Positions 18,728 through 29,892 of a DNA stretch of 64,000 bases are shown one piece after another. The first letter of the stretch is position 1. Each line of letters begins with the position of its first letter. Source of the stretch: Geopsychrobacteraceae bacterium (lineage in GTDB: Bacteria; Desulfobacterota; Desulfuromonadia; Desulfuromonadales; Geopsychrobacteraceae); assembly GCA_963662315.1 (NCBI GenBank), contig OY759353.1, positions 2,912,001-2,976,000 on the forward strand. The letters run 5' to 3'. The position numbers and the translations under genes were made by a program. The notes under the pieces were generated by a model. That model saw only the letters and a program-made list of their open reading frames with translations. It was not told where the DNA came from and did no database searches.

Positions 18728-20023
18728 ATGATACAACAAACAGACTTAGCATTTGACCGCGATCACCTCTGGCATCCGTACACATCAATGACCTCCCCGT
18801 TGCCGGTTTATGGTGTCGAACGCGCCAGCGGCTGCCAATTGCAGCTGAGCGACGGACGCTGGCTCATTGATGGTATGTCCTCCTGGTGGGCGGCGATTCA
18901 CGGCTATAACCACCCGGCCCTGAATCAGGCTCTGCACGCTCAGACAGAAAAAATGGCCCACGTCATGTTCGGTGGCCTGACCCACGAAGCGGCGATTCGC
19001 CTTGGACAAAAACTTATTGCCATCACCCCCGCGGGCCTTGAGTGCTGTTTTCTCTGTGACTCCGGCTCCATTGCCGTTGAAGTCGCTATGAAAATGGCCA
19101 TTCAGTATCAGCTCGGGCATGGTCGCCCGCAAAAAGCGCGCTTTCTGACCGTACGCAACGGCTATCATGGTGATACCTTTGGAGCCATGTCGGTGTGTGA
19201 TCCGGTCGGCGGCATGCATCAGCATTTTGCCACGACCCTGGCACAGCAATTCTTCGCTCCACCTCCCCGCAGCCGCTTTGGTCAATGCTACGATCCAACC
19301 GATTGTGACGAACTTACTGTTATCCTGGCTCAACACGCAGAAGAGATTGCGGCCGTTATTATTGAGCCGGTTGTTCAAGGTGCCGGTGGTATGCGCTTTT
19401 ATCATCCCGAATACCTGAAGGATCTCAGGTGCCTGTGTGACCAGCACCAGATCCTGCTGATCTTCGACGAAATAGCCACCGGCTTCGGTCGCACTGGTAA
19501 ACTGTTTGCCGCCGAACACGCCGGAGTCAGCCCCGACATCATGTGTGTCGGCAAAGCCTTAACCGGCGGCTACATGACCCTGGCGGCGACTCTGGCCAGT
19601 CGTGCTGTCGCAGATGGTGTTTCTGATACTCAGTATGGTCCCGGCGTATTCATGCACGGACCGACCTTCATGGCCAACCCGTTGGCCTGCGCTGTTGCCT
19701 GCACCAGCCTTGACCTGCTGGCCAACGGCGGCTGGCAACAACAGGTTCAAATGATTGAAGCTACACTGCAAACAGGCTTGGCTCCTGCCAGGACGATTAC
19801 TGGCGTCGCAGATGTCCGTTGTTTAGGGGCTATCGGAGTTATCGAGCTGGAGCGACCGGTTGACATGGCCCGCATTCAGCGACGCTTTGTCGAGCGCGGT
19901 ATCTGGATTCGCCCCTTTGGCAAATTGGTCTATTGCATGCCTCCCTTTATCATCAATCCAGACGAGCTCGAACGACTGATCACGGCCATGGTTGCGACCG
20001 TTGCAGAGGAATGTCAGCAATGA
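18728..20023 (+). CDS. bioA: DAPA aminotransferase
   Basis: [21 protein letters not shown] and GKALTGGY motifs. Confidence 0.97.
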   Translation: MIQQTDLAFDRDHLWHPYTSMTSPLPVYGVERASGCQLQLSDGRWLIDGMSSWWAAIHGYNHPALNQALHAQTEKMAHVMFGGLTHEAAIRLGQKLIAITPAGLECCFLCDSGSIAVEVAMKMAIQYQLGHGRPQKARFLTVRNGYHGDTFGAMSVCDPVGGMHQHFATTLAQQFFAPPPRSRFGQCYDPTDCDELTVILAQHAEEIAAVIIEPVVQGAGGMRFYHPEYLKDLRCLCDQHQILLIFDEIATGFGRTGKLFAAEHAGVSPDIMCVGKALTGGYMTLAATLASRAVADGVSDTQYGPGVFMHGPTFMANPLACAVACTSLDLLANGGWQQQVQMIEATLQTGLAPARTITGVADVRCLGAIGVIELERPVDMARIQRRFVERGIWIRPFGKLVYCMPPFIINPDELERLITAMVATVAEECQQ

Positions 20024-20658
20024 CCACCTTTCCTGATCGCTTCTTTGTCACTGGCACCGATACCGATGTCGGCAAAACCGTGGTCTGCACCCTGCTGATG
20101 CTGGCCCTGCCATGCCGCTATCTGAAACCGGTGCAGAGCGGCACCGAAGATGGCACCGACACCCTGCGCGTGCAACAGCTCAGCGGTCTTGGCGGTGAGC
20201 GTTTTGTGCCTGAATGTTATGTCACCCGGACTTCAGCCTCGCCGCACCTGTCGGCACGCCTTGATGGTATTACTATCGACCCGCGCCGTATCAGCCAGAA
20301 AATTGCCGCCATTGACGGTCCGTTACTGGTCGAAGGGGCTGGCGGAATCTATGTACCCCTCAATGAACAGGACATGATTCTCGACCTGATGCAGCTTCTT
20401 GCTCTCCCAGTGATTCTGGTCGCCCGTAGCGGACTGGGAACCATAAACCATACCCTGCTCAGTATACAGGCCTTACGTCAGGCCGGTATCAACCTTTACG
20501 GCGTGATCATGAACGGGCCATTGAACCCGGAAAATCGCCGCGCCATTGAAACCTTCGGTAGCACACGGGTGATCACTGAAATCCCTTCGCTGTGCGACTT
20601 GTCTTTGCCAACCCTGCGCAGCTGCGCCGCGACCCTTTTCACAGGAGAGCATCTATGA
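20020..20658 (+). CDS. bioD: Dethiobiotin synthase
   Basis: [22 protein letters not shown] and LGTINHT; ATGA overlap with bioA. Confidence 0.95.
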   Translation: MTTFPDRFFVTGTDTDVGKTVVCTLLMLALPCRYLKPVQSGTEDGTDTLRVQQLSGLGGERFVPECYVTRTSASPHLSARLDGITIDPRRISQKIAAIDGPLLVEGAGGIYVPLNEQDMILDLMQLLALPVILVARSGLGTINHTLLSIQALRQAGINLYGVIMNGPLNPENRRAIETFGSTRVITEIPSLCDLSLPTLRSCAATLFTGEHL

Positions 20659-21818
20659 GTGGTATCCTTGCACGCATCAACCAGCAGATGCAGACCATTC
20701 GCAGCGATGGACGCTTACGCCACCTACCGGTCATTGATAACAACAAAGAGAAATACATGCAGCTCGGCGGACAGCGCCTGCTCAACCTGGCATCCAACGA
20801 TTATCTGGGCCTCAGCAGCTCAGCAGTTCTCGCTGACGCAGCCCGGGATGCCATCGACGAATATGGTGTATCGAGCGGAGCATCGCGCCTAGTGACTGGC
20901 AATAACCGCCTTTATAATGAACTTGAACAGGAGCTGGCCAACTTTAAACAACAACCAGCGGCTCTGGTTTTTAACAGCGGTTACACAGCCAACCTGTGTC
21001 TGGTGGCAACCCTGGCGGATCGTCATTCCCTGGTATTCTCAGACCGCCTCAATCACGCCAGTATCATCGATGGCATCGCCCTGTCAGGAGCTAAGCATGT
21101 ACGCTACCGTCACAACGACATGGAACATCTGGCGGCACTGCTGGAAAAACACAAGGACCAGCCCAATAAACTGATTATCACCGACAGCGTTTTCAGTATG
21201 GATGGGGATCTGGCAGATTTAACCACCCTGGTCAAGCTTAAACACGATTTCAACTGCCTGCTGGTTGTTGATGAAGCCCACGCCACCGGCATATTTGGCC
21301 ACGGCCGCGGACTGGCCCATGAGCTGGGAATCGACCAGGACGTTGATCTGCACATGGGGACCTTCAGTAAGGCTCTCGGCTCCTTTGGTGGGTATGTTGC
21401 CGGCAGTCGCCTGCTTATCGATTATCTGATCAACGCTGGGCGAGCTCTGATTTATACCACCGGCCTGCCACCGGCGACCGTTGCCGCCAACCTCGCGGCG
21501 ATCCGTTTGCTGCAACAAGACCCCGATCAGGGGCAGCCGCTGCGGACCATGGCCCACAGTCTGGTGACGCATCTGCACAATCGTGGCATTGATACCGGCG
21601 CTACAGAGTCACATATTATTCCGGTTATTATCGGCGATAATGAACGTACTATTCATATCCAACAACATCTGCACGGAATGGGTATTCATGTCGGCGCCAT
21701 CCGCCCACCCACCGTGCCAACCGGAACCGCCCGCCTGCGCCTCGCCCTCAGGGCTGACCTGAACCTTGACGAATTTAAACTGCTGACCACCAAGCTTTGT
21801 GAGGTGCTATGCATGTAA
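20655..21818 (+). CDS. bioF: 8-amino-7-oxononanoate synthase
   Basis: SNDYLGL, NHASIIDG, DEAH, TFSKALG and IRPPTVP motifs. Confidence 0.95.
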   Translation: MSGILARINQQMQTIRSDGRLRHLPVIDNNKEKYMQLGGQRLLNLASNDYLGLSSSAVLADAARDAIDEYGVSSGASRLVTGNNRLYNELEQELANFKQQPAALVFNSGYTANLCLVATLADRHSLVFSDRLNHASIIDGIALSGAKHVRYRHNDMEHLAALLEKHKDQPNKLIITDSVFSMDGDLADLTTLVKLKHDFNCLLVVDEAHATGIFGHGRGLAHELGIDQDVDLHMGTFSKALGSFGGYVAGSRLLIDYLINAGRALIYTTGLPPATVAANLAAIRLLQQDPDQGQPLRTMAHSLVTHLHNRGIDTGATESHIIPVIIGDNERTIHIQQHLHGMGIHVGAIRPPTVPTGTARLRLALRADLNLDEFKLLTTKLCEVLCM

Positions 21819-22429
21819 CCTTCGTATCGGGCTGGAGTGGACTCCCCTGCCTGTATCCGCAAATTGCCGCCAACACTGATTTCATCGTGCCTTTTTACGA
21901 CCATACAATTGAGCAGGTTAACGCTGCCCTTGGCACTGGCGGTGATGTGCTGATCGCCTGGTCTACCGGAGCCCATCTGGTTCTCAATCAATTATCACTG
22001 GCCAGTGACAATTTCAGATATATCATTCTAATTGCTCCATTTTTAGACTTCACCGCCAGCGTCCCAGCGCGCATTATCCAACGCATGCGCACCCGCCTCA
22101 GGAAGGAACCGGAGGCGACTGTCAGCGACTTTTGGAAGCTTTGCGGCGGCACGCAGCAGTGTCCGCAATTGAATGATCAGCAACTCAGACATCTCACGGC
22201 GGGGCTTGATCTGTTGATGAACTCGCAGATCCGTTCAATTAAGGAAAGCGGTACTCACGTGACATTAGTCCAATGCCTGGCGGATCAGGTCGTACTCCCG
22301 GCCTCTTTTAACGCCGTCAGCGCTGCACTCGAACAAGCCACCATCATTCAATGCCATAGCGCCCATATGCCCCAGGAATCCGAACTCATAAGGATAGTGT
22401 CAAATGTTAGCAGTACAACGTTCCTTTGA
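21809..22429 (+). CDS. Alpha/beta hydrolase, likely pimeloyl-ACP methyl ester esterase (BioH/BioG role)
   Basis: SGW oxyanion region, AWSTG nucleophile elbow, C-terminal D and H; lies between bioF and bioC. Confidence 0.7.
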   Translation: MHVTFVSGWSGLPCLYPQIAANTDFIVPFYDHTIEQVNAALGTGGDVLIAWSTGAHLVLNQLSLASDNFRYIILIAPFLDFTASVPARIIQRMRTRLRKEPEATVSDFWKLCGGTQQCPQLNDQQLRHLTAGLDLLMNSQIRSIKESGTHVTLVQCLADQVVLPASFNAVSAALEQATIIQCHSAHMPQESELIRIVSNVSSTTFL

Positions 22430-23156
22430 CCGCGCCGCCGAAAGTTATCGTCAGGCTGCCGGTGTCCAGAGCGAAATTGCCGAAAAGCTGGCTGCTATGA
22501 TCACTCTTAAGCGCTATGAAACCGGCCTCGAAATCGGCTGTGGCGATGGGCTGTTTACTGAAAAGCTGCTCGACCGAGTGGACATCAAGCGGTTGCTGAG
22601 CCTCGACCTTTGCCACAATCTCCTTGTTCGTCTGCCCAGTCATGTTCGGACGTTTCCGGTTCAGGCGGATGGCGAACAGTTGCCGATCAAAACGGGAAGT
22701 ATGGACCTGCTGACCAGTTCCAGCTGTCTGCAATGGTTTAAGCATCCCCAGGTCAGTCTACCCGGGCTTTTAACCTGTTTAAAAGATGGTGGAGCCTTCT
22801 ACTTTTCGGTGTTTTGCCAGGGAACTTTTGTTGAAATGGAACAGATTCACCAGCAGTGCGGTTTTGGGCAGGTGAAATCATTACCCCAAGCCCAACACTA
22901 CTTGAATATTTTGCAGAAGGCGACTCGGGAGCAGGTCAAGATGAAGACCGAAACCATTACTCGCTATTATCCGGATGTCATGACATTTTTAAAGACTCAG
23001 AAAGATACCGGTGCCGGTCACACTGAGAATAAAAAGTTTACCGGGCGAAAAGCGCTTCAAAAATTTATCGCATCTTATGAGGAACAGTTCGGGACACCGG
23101 AAGGTATCAGGGTGAGCTATGAAATTTCCTATTACCAAGGGCTTTATACAGCATAA
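22404..23156 (+). CDS. bioC: Malonyl-ACP O-methyltransferase
   Basis: SFDRAAESY, LEIGCGDG, DGEQLP and LQW motifs; operon context. Confidence 0.88.
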   Translation: MLAVQRSFDRAAESYRQAAGVQSEIAEKLAAMITLKRYETGLEIGCGDGLFTEKLLDRVDIKRLLSLDLCHNLLVRLPSHVRTFPVQADGEQLPIKTGSMDLLTSSSCLQWFKHPQVSLPGLLTCLKDGGAFYFSVFCQGTFVEMEQIHQQCGFGQVKSLPQAQHYLNILQKATREQVKMKTETITRYYPDVMTFLKTQKDTGAGHTENKKFTGRKALQKFIASYEEQFGTPEGIRVSYEISYYQGLYTA

Positions 23157-23178
23157 TAAACAAGGATAATCATAAGCT

Positions 23179-25428
23179 TCAGGTTAGACTAGCGCGCCTT
23201 TCCTGTAATACGTCATTTACCAACTGGCTCAGGACTGAATTAAAATACGGCTTTTGAATAAACCCTTTTAGCCCCGACTGCATCATACTTTGCAAATCCT
23301 TTTCATCAGAAAATCCAGACGCCAGGATGACGGCAGCCTGTGGGTCAACAGTTCGGATGTTCTCAAAACATTGCCGTCCATTCATCACTGGCATCATCAT
23401 ATCGACAATCACCAGATCTATGTCACCTTTGTGAGCCTTAAACAACTCAAACCCTTCCAGCCCATTGGTCGCAAGCCTGACCTCATAACCTAACTTTTCG
23501 AGCATGGTTTTGCCCATGAGGCGCATCGTTTCATCATCATCAATCAGCAGAATCTTGCCACTGCCGGAGATGACTTCTGATGTTAATGGAGTAGATTCCT
23601 GATGGGTTGTAACTGGAAACAATAACTTGAAAACCGTCCCGAGACCCACTTCACTATAGACAGTAACAGCTCCCTGGTGTTGCTTGACTGTTCCATAGAC
23701 ACCGGCCAAACCGAGACCGGTCCCCTGCCCCTGCTCTTTGGTCGTAAAAAAGGGCTCGAAAATTCTCTCAATATGCTCTCTAGCTATCCCACAACCATTA
23801 TCACTGACACTGATTTCAAGAAAGTGGCCGGGCTGCAATGGAAACTCAGACACTGCACACCCCTGAAGATCAACCTCGATAACTTGTGACGCGAAGGTCA
23901 GGACGCCGCCATCAGGCATTGCATGGGCAGCATTAATACCAAGATTCAACAAAGAATTTTGCAGCAGAGAAGGATCACCGATAATTTTATGCTGATCCGC
24001 TCTCAGGTCGGTGCGTACCTCTACACGTTTATCGATGCTGCTACTTAACAACAGGATCGTCTCATCGATCAACTTATGCATATCAAGAACCTGGGCAACG
24101 CTTGTTGTTTTCCGTGAGAATGACAACAGCTGCTTGGCAAGTTCGGCTGCCCGCGACGCAGAGTTCAGGATAATCTTGTTCATTTTGCGAATTTTCGCAT
24201 CTTCTGGCTGACATTGCATTATCAGTTCTGCAGCCCCGATAATGCCACCTAACATATTATTGAAATCATGAGCGATACCACTGGCGAGCACTCCGATAGC
24301 TTCCATTTTTCGCCCGGCATTGAGTTTTTCATTCAATTTATTGCGCTCTGTCACATCCCTTAAGACCAGAACAACTCCGTTGATTTCACCTCCATCTTCC
24401 GCTGCAATAGGAGCAACACTGGCGATAACATCAACGCATTTATTGTCTTTGGTCAGTAAGCAAAGATCATGATGTGAGCTGATCGCTGTTTTATGAGTAA
24501 AAACATAGTCAACAAGATTTAAGTCCTTACCTTGGTCATCATCCGCAACGAAATTCAGGACAACTTTATGCGGCTGGCCGGTTGCCTGAGCAACAGACCA
24601 GCCTGTCAGGCTTTCAGCCACAGGATTGATATGACTGATATTCCCCTGCGGATCAGTGACAAGAACCCCGTCCCCAATTGAAAGCAGAGTAGCTCTCAAC
24701 CTTTTTCGACTCTGGTCCAGCTGAGCGTTCTTCTCTTCGAGCAGCTTCCAGTGATAGCGAGTTCCCGACATGTAAAGTAAACACAGGGGTAAAGTCCCCA
24801 GGGCGAAGACCACCAGACCGACCAGAAAAAGCAGGTTGCTCCTGCGGATAATCGCTTCGACATAGTCAACTGTAAATTCGGCGCAGGCGAGATATACTGA
24901 ACCATCTGGATTCTTCACCGGAACGAAAACGGCTCGGAAATGCCCCCAGAGGTCCTGAAAAGTTGTAAAAACGGGGATGTCTCCTGAAAAAGCCTGTATC
25001 TGCGCATCTGAGACGCCATTTTTATAGGCCATAAAATAATAGATATCGGCGTCAGGGGTACCGGGACCCGAGGTCCTGTTACAGGAGGTCAAATGAACCC
25101 TGTTGTCGACAAGAATATCCGTCCACACATATTTTGCCCCCGATTTTCTAGCCAGAGCAGTCAACTTCGCTTCTATGGTTTGATATTCTTCAAGAGATAT
25201 GGCATCGGCTGTTTGGGCACGCAGATGATAATCAGCGGGTAATATGAGTTGAATACTTTCCGCGACTATCAGCAGGCGCTTATCAATATCTTCATAGATA
25301 TGATCGCGGACCAGCTTTTGTAGCCAAAAAAGGAAACACAAACAGATAACAACAAAAAACAGGATGGCACAAATGAGGATGAAGAGGCGCTTATGGTGAT
25401 CAAAATATTTTGGCTCGCTCATCAACAT
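23179..25428 (-). CDS. Hybrid sensor kinase (TM-PAS-HisKA-HATPase-REC)
   Basis: [20 protein letters not shown]; receiver domain IDDD...DMMMP...KP. Confidence 0.93.
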   Translation of the reverse strand: MLMSEPKYFDHHKRLFILICAILFFVVICLCFLFWLQKLVRDHIYEDIDKRLLIVAESIQLILPADYHLRAQTADAISLEEYQTIEAKLTALARKSGAKYVWTDILVDNRVHLTSCNRTSGPGTPDADIYYFMAYKNGVSDAQIQAFSGDIPVFTTFQDLWGHFRAVFVPVKNPDGSVYLACAEFTVDYVEAIIRRSNLLFLVGLVVFALGTLPLCLLYMSGTRYHWKLLEEKNAQLDQSRKRLRATLLSIGDGVLVTDPQGNISHINPVAESLTGWSVAQATGQPHKVVLNFVADDDQGKDLNLVDYVFTHKTAISSHHDLCLLTKDNKCVDVIASVAPIAAEDGGEINGVVLVLRDVTERNKLNEKLNAGRKMEAIGVLASGIAHDFNNMLGGIIGAAELIMQCQPEDAKIRKMNKIILNSASRAAELAKQLLSFSRKTTSVAQVLDMHKLIDETILLLSSSIDKRVEVRTDLRADQHKIIGDPSLLQNSLLNLGINAAHAMPDGGVLTFASQVIEVDLQGCAVSEFPLQPGHFLEISVSDNGCGIAREHIERIFEPFFTTKEQGQGTGLGLAGVYGTVKQHQGAVTVYSEVGLGTVFKLLFPVTTHQESTPLTSEVISGSGKILLIDDDETMRLMGKTMLEKLGYEVRLATNGLEGFELFKAHKGDIDLVIVDMMMPVMNGRQCFENIRTVDPQAAVILASGFSDEKDLQSMMQSGLKGFIQKPYFNSVLSQLVNDVLQERRASLT

Positions 25429-25811
25429 CCATCCAGAATAAAGCAGCTAAGTAGCCTAAATTAAAACGACCATTCCAGTTAAAAAGGTACGGTAACGGGT
25501 TTGTCCGCTAAAGGTCAAGACAATTATTAGGCAAAGCTAACAACTCATCATATCCTAACACTTGTTCCCCTCCCTCAGTTGCCAACCTTAACAGGCTGAC
25601 GACATCAAGATAACTTTTAATCGTTTATTATGCTACTATTTCTAAATCTATACTCCACTAGAAAAATCAAGATTCCATGGTAAGCGGGATAACGGTATGG
25701 ATTTCAACACACTTTTATACGCCTTTGGAATGGCACTGCTGCAATCAGCCTGCTATTATTATTGATAAAAGTGGCTTGTTTGCAACGATTAGAACCATTC
25801 AGGTGGAAATT

Positions 25812-26672
25812 ATGGAATATGTTTATCTCAACGGTGAGTTCCTCCCTAGTGAAGAGGCACATATATCGGTTTTTGATCAGGGCTTTCTTTACGGCGACGG
25901 TATCTTTGAAAGCTTTCGCTCTGTATGTGGACAGCTCTATCAGTTTGATCAGCATTATCAGCGTTTGCTGCAATCCGCTGAAGCTTTGGCCTATCCGATT
26001 CATCTCAGTCAAAAGGACCTGGAACGGATTCTCGATGAACTCCAGCTGCGTAACAATATCTCCAATGCATATTTCCGCATTACCATAACCCGTGGGCCCG
26101 GTCAGATCGGCTTTAAAAGAGAGATGGCCGGGAAACTGACATGGTTGATTATGGCCCGCGTATTTGCCGGGTTCGACGAAACCCATTATCAGGATGGTAT
26201 CCGTCTCAGCCTGGCTCAAACCCGCCGCAACGCCCCTGAAGCGATCAGCCCGAAAATTAAATCAATCAGTAATCTCAACAGTCTGCTCGGCAAACTTGAG
26301 GCCAAAGCGTCCGGTGCCTTTGAAGTGATCATGCTCAACAATAAGGATCACATTTGCGAAGGGGCCTCATCCAATATCTTCTGGACCAAAGGACATTGGG
26401 TCTTTACCCCCGATGTCTCGACAGGTCTACTGGAAGGAGTTACCCGTGCAACAATAATGCACTTATGTGAACAGGAGCTGAACCTGAGGGTCATTACTGG
26501 TGAATTCAAACTTCAGGATCTGAAATTTGCGGATGAGGTGTTTATCAGTTCAACGTCCCTTGAAGTCATGCCGGTAACCAAGGTTGACAATTTCACCATA
26601 AACCAGGGAATGGTTGGCCCGATCGCCGTCAAGTTACGCCGGGCGATGCAGAAGGAGATGCGAAGGTCCTAA
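25812..26672 (+). CDS. Class IV aminotransferase (IlvE/PabC family)
   Basis: DQGFLYGDGIFE, EGASSNIF, LEGVTR and ADEVF motifs. Confidence 0.9.
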   Translation: MEYVYLNGEFLPSEEAHISVFDQGFLYGDGIFESFRSVCGQLYQFDQHYQRLLQSAEALAYPIHLSQKDLERILDELQLRNNISNAYFRITITRGPGQIGFKREMAGKLTWLIMARVFAGFDETHYQDGIRLSLAQTRRNAPEAISPKIKSISNLNSLLGKLEAKASGAFEVIMLNNKDHICEGASSNIFWTKGHWVFTPDVSTGLLEGVTRATIMHLCEQELNLRVITGEFKLQDLKFADEVFISSTSLEVMPVTKVDNFTINQGMVGPIAVKLRRAMQKEMRRS

Positions 26673-26814
26673 AATGGAATGCCCTCTTAGAATAGCGATA
26701 AATGAACATTGTCGCTAGCATAATGTGCCACATCAGGTTTCCCGGACACAGGAGCAGATCAAGGCAGGCAGTTTTCAACAACCTGCTAATTCTATCTAAC
26801 ACTAACTGGCGCGC

Positions 26815-27060
26815 TTATTCATTGAGGGCTTTTTCAGTGCGTTCAATACCTGACTTCTTCAACGAGCTGCCAAAGTTAACCGAGTCTACCAGCCTGATAG
26901 CAACATAAAGAACGGCGGCCAGAATGATCAGGAGGATGATTCCTTTGAGTACCTTCACCGGCTTCCAAAGCAGCAGTACCACCAGTATGCCACCTGCAAC
27001 CATGCAAAAGACGGAATTGTCATGATAAAACATAAAAAGCTGATCGATAAGATTCTGCAT
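26815..27060 (-). CDS. Small two-TM hypothetical protein
   Basis: 81 aa with two hydrophobic segments. Confidence 0.6.
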   Translation of the reverse strand: MQNLIDQLFMFYHDNSVFCMVAGGILVVLLLWKPVKVLKGIILLIILAAVLYVAIRLVDSVNFGSSLKKSGIERTEKALNE

Positions 27061-27283
27061 CTCTAACGCTCCGACATGGGTCGCAATGGCTGTTGAGAAA
27101 AGCCGTAAAAAGTGACTTTAGCCTAAAATACCCGCAGATACCTTATAATTTTTTGTTCCCTTTGGATCTTGCTGAAAAGATTCTGATCTTCTATAGTCTG
27201 CATTTCGTCCTTTAATGCCCGATTCAGGCAGATTTTGACTTTAGCTATGCCCAGTTCAGATATCACCCAAGCAGAGGTCACGG

Positions 27284-28912
27284 ATGACTGAGATTCTGTT
27301 GCTGCAGCCCCCTGCCCTGAAACCAGCCGAACCGCCACTGGCACTCGCAGTACTGCTGGCTCATTTACGCGCCCAAGGGGTAACCTGTGCCGCCATTGAC
27401 AGCAACCTGGAGGCCTATCTTCATCTGCTTGAACATGCGCACCTGACACCAGGCGCTGCTGGGCAAACCGATACCAATCTGCAACGGGCTCTGAAACACC
27501 GCAGCGCCTCGCTGGCTTTGCTGCAGGGGGGTGCCGGCAGTCATAACTTTGCCCGTTACAACACTGCGGTGCGTTATCTGAATCGGCTGCTTGCGGTATG
27601 GAACAGTGATGAAGAGAAAGTAACCCTGGGAGATTATCTGCACAGTAGCCTGTCCCCCTTTGTGCCCGAAGACCTGGCGCTGCTTGCAAACGGGCAACGA
27701 CAGACTCTTTTTCATGACTACTTCAACAATGACCTTCTGGCGCAGGTACGCGGCATTCAACCGCGTATTATCGGCATTTCCATCAATTACCTGCATCAGG
27801 CATTACCCGCGTTTGAACTGGCGGGATTACTGCGCGGCACCTTTCCTCAGATAAAACTCGTTGCTGGTGGCGGGCTGATAACCTCCTGGAAAGAGACGCT
27901 AAAACAACTCGACCTGCTATTGCCCCCCTTTGACCATTTGATTTTTGGACCAGCTGAAGCAGCGTTAAGCGCACTGGTCGGCAATCCGGGAAAACTGCCC
28001 AGAACGGTCAGTGACCACAGCACCATTGCTTTTGTTCCCGATTTCAGCTTTGCCCGGCTTGAAGACTATCTTTCACCACATACGATTTTACCCCTTACAG
28101 CGTCACGCGGTTGTTACTGGCGCCAGTGCCTGTTCTGCCCGGAGGCAGCAAATCCCGTCCATCCGTATTGCAGCTTTCCGGCAGCTGAACTGTCGCGGGA
28201 AATGCGCCGTCTTGCAGATGACCATGCTGTCAGCTACATCCAATTGACCGACAATGCCATTCCGGTCAACATGCTCAGAGCCCTCAGCAACAATCCGCAA
28301 GGCCTGCAGGGAATCAACTGGTTTGGTTTTGTTCGCTTTGAAAAAGCTCTTGAAGATCCTGAGTTTGTCAAGGCACTGGCGCAAAGTGGCTGTAAAATGC
28401 TGCAGCTGGGACTGGAATCTGGGTCACAAACGGTGCTTGACCGCTTGCATAAAGGGATTAAACTCGTGTCAGTGGTTAAAATTCTGGAGAATCTGGCCGC
28501 GGCCGGTATCGCAACCTTTGTGTATATCATGCTCGGCACACCGGGAGAAACGGAGGCTGATGCGGAGTTGACCTTGGAATTCCTGGAACAGCATGCCGAC
28601 AAAATCGGCTTTCTCAATATTTCGATTATGAACATGCCCCGTGCTTCCGGGTTACTTGATAACCCGGAGCACTACGGTATCGGAGATACCGAGAGCATTG
28701 CCAGCGAAACACCTCTAGCCCTGTATCAGCGCTTTAACAGCAACAGCAACTGGAACCGTGCCACCGCACGCCGCTTTCTAAATCGTCGCCTGCTCGGTTC
28801 TGGCACAATCCGCGCCATCATAAACCGCACACCGCCACTGTTTACTTCCAATCATGCGGTCTTTTTTGCTAAGGACGTCATAGCGCCAGCGCCTAACCAG
28901 CCGGTAAACTAA
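27284..28912 (+). CDS. B12-binding-type radical SAM protein
   Basis: SRGCYWRQCLFC, GLESGSQ.VL and GTPGET; N-terminal PPLALA.L and VAGGG. Confidence 0.85.
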   Translation: MTEILLLQPPALKPAEPPLALAVLLAHLRAQGVTCAAIDSNLEAYLHLLEHAHLTPGAAGQTDTNLQRALKHRSASLALLQGGAGSHNFARYNTAVRYLNRLLAVWNSDEEKVTLGDYLHSSLSPFVPEDLALLANGQRQTLFHDYFNNDLLAQVRGIQPRIIGISINYLHQALPAFELAGLLRGTFPQIKLVAGGGLITSWKETLKQLDLLLPPFDHLIFGPAEAALSALVGNPGKLPRTVSDHSTIAFVPDFSFARLEDYLSPHTILPLTASRGCYWRQCLFCPEAANPVHPYCSFPAAELSREMRRLADDHAVSYIQLTDNAIPVNMLRALSNNPQGLQGINWFGFVRFEKALEDPEFVKALAQSGCKMLQLGLESGSQTVLDRLHKGIKLVSVVKILENLAAAGIATFVYIMLGTPGETEADAELTLEFLEQHADKIGFLNISIMNMPRASGLLDNPEHYGIGDTESIASETPLALYQRFNSNSNWNRATARRFLNRRLLGSGTIRAIINRTPPLFTSNHAVFFAKDVIAPAPNQPVN

Positions 28913-29879
28913 CGCTTTTGTTACGGACCATATGGCGATATTCCTGCCTCAATCGGTTCAATTCGGCCTCAAGGTCAGCTTCCTGCTCAGCTAAAAAGGC
29001 TTCGTAGTCACCGTTTAAGCGCTCAACCAAAACCCAGGTACTATCAGCCTGAATGGTCTGAATTTCCTTGTCCATGACTGCAAGCTGATGTCGCAACGAA
29101 CTGATATGAGCACGCAAACGTTCCTTGTCCTGAACCTGTTCACTGGCAGCAACGAAGGCACCACCAGCTTCCAGCACGGAGAGGATCTCTTCAACCTTGT
29201 CGACATCATTCATATTGTATGCCTGGTGCAACGCCTGAAACTGTGCTGTTGCGAGGTCTTTCAGCTCTTCAGCGACCATGTCCGGATGACATAAACGACT
29301 CGCTTTCCGATATGCATTTTTCAGTCGCAACGCATCTTCTGCAGACAATTCCCGCGGCCGTTCTTCTGCCAACCAGCCTTCATATTCGCCATGAAAATTC
29401 TGATAATCACTCTGGGCCTGCTCATGGGCCTGCCTGATGCTGTCCAGATCAGCTTCATCGCCTTGGGAACTGGCTAACGCGGCTCTGGCTCTTAGCATAT
29501 GGAGTCTCAGGATTGCCGAAATAATACCGCCTAAACGGACATTGTAAAGACGATTAAACCCTTCGAGAACATGCAGAACTTCATCGCGTTCAGCACTCAG
29601 AGTGGCCAGGCGGCGCTCCAATCCCTGCAGTTCCATTTTTAAGGCGGCAACCTCTGGATCGATATACACAGACACAGCGACATGTTGCTGCAAAAAATGT
29701 GTTATCCTTTGCAAAGCACCGGGGTAATCCAAAGCATCAATACGGTTTAAAATGGCCTGCAGTTCTTCCGTTTTCCCTGCCATTTGATCGAGTTTGTTTT
29801 TGTGTAAGGCGATGGTTTCTTCATCCTCAAGGCTGATTGCCGCCTTGATGATTTCCAGTCTTTTCAACAGTTGCTGCAT
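28893..29879 (-). CDS. Coiled-coil protein with internal J-domain
   Basis: AYRKASRLCHPD...FQALHQAY; GGAG RBS before ATG 29879. Confidence 0.75.
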   Translation of the reverse strand: MQQLLKRLEIIKAAISLEDEETIALHKNKLDQMAGKTEELQAILNRIDALDYPGALQRITHFLQQHVAVSVYIDPEVAALKMELQGLERRLATLSAERDEVLHVLEGFNRLYNVRLGGIISAILRLHMLRARAALASSQGDEADLDSIRQAHEQAQSDYQNFHGEYEGWLAEERPRELSAEDALRLKNAYRKASRLCHPDMVAEELKDLATAQFQALHQAYNMNDVDKVEEILSVLEAGGAFVAASEQVQDKERLRAHISSLRHQLAVMDKEIQTIQADSTWVLVERLNGDYEAFLAEQEADLEAELNRLRQEYRHMVRNKSVSLPAG

Positions 29880-29892
29880 CGTTGTCTCCGCC

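Noticed and set aside
26815..28912. RiPP cluster (small ORF plus radical SAM)
   Set aside because: The small ORF is divergent and looks like a membrane protein; no RRE, protease or exporter is present.
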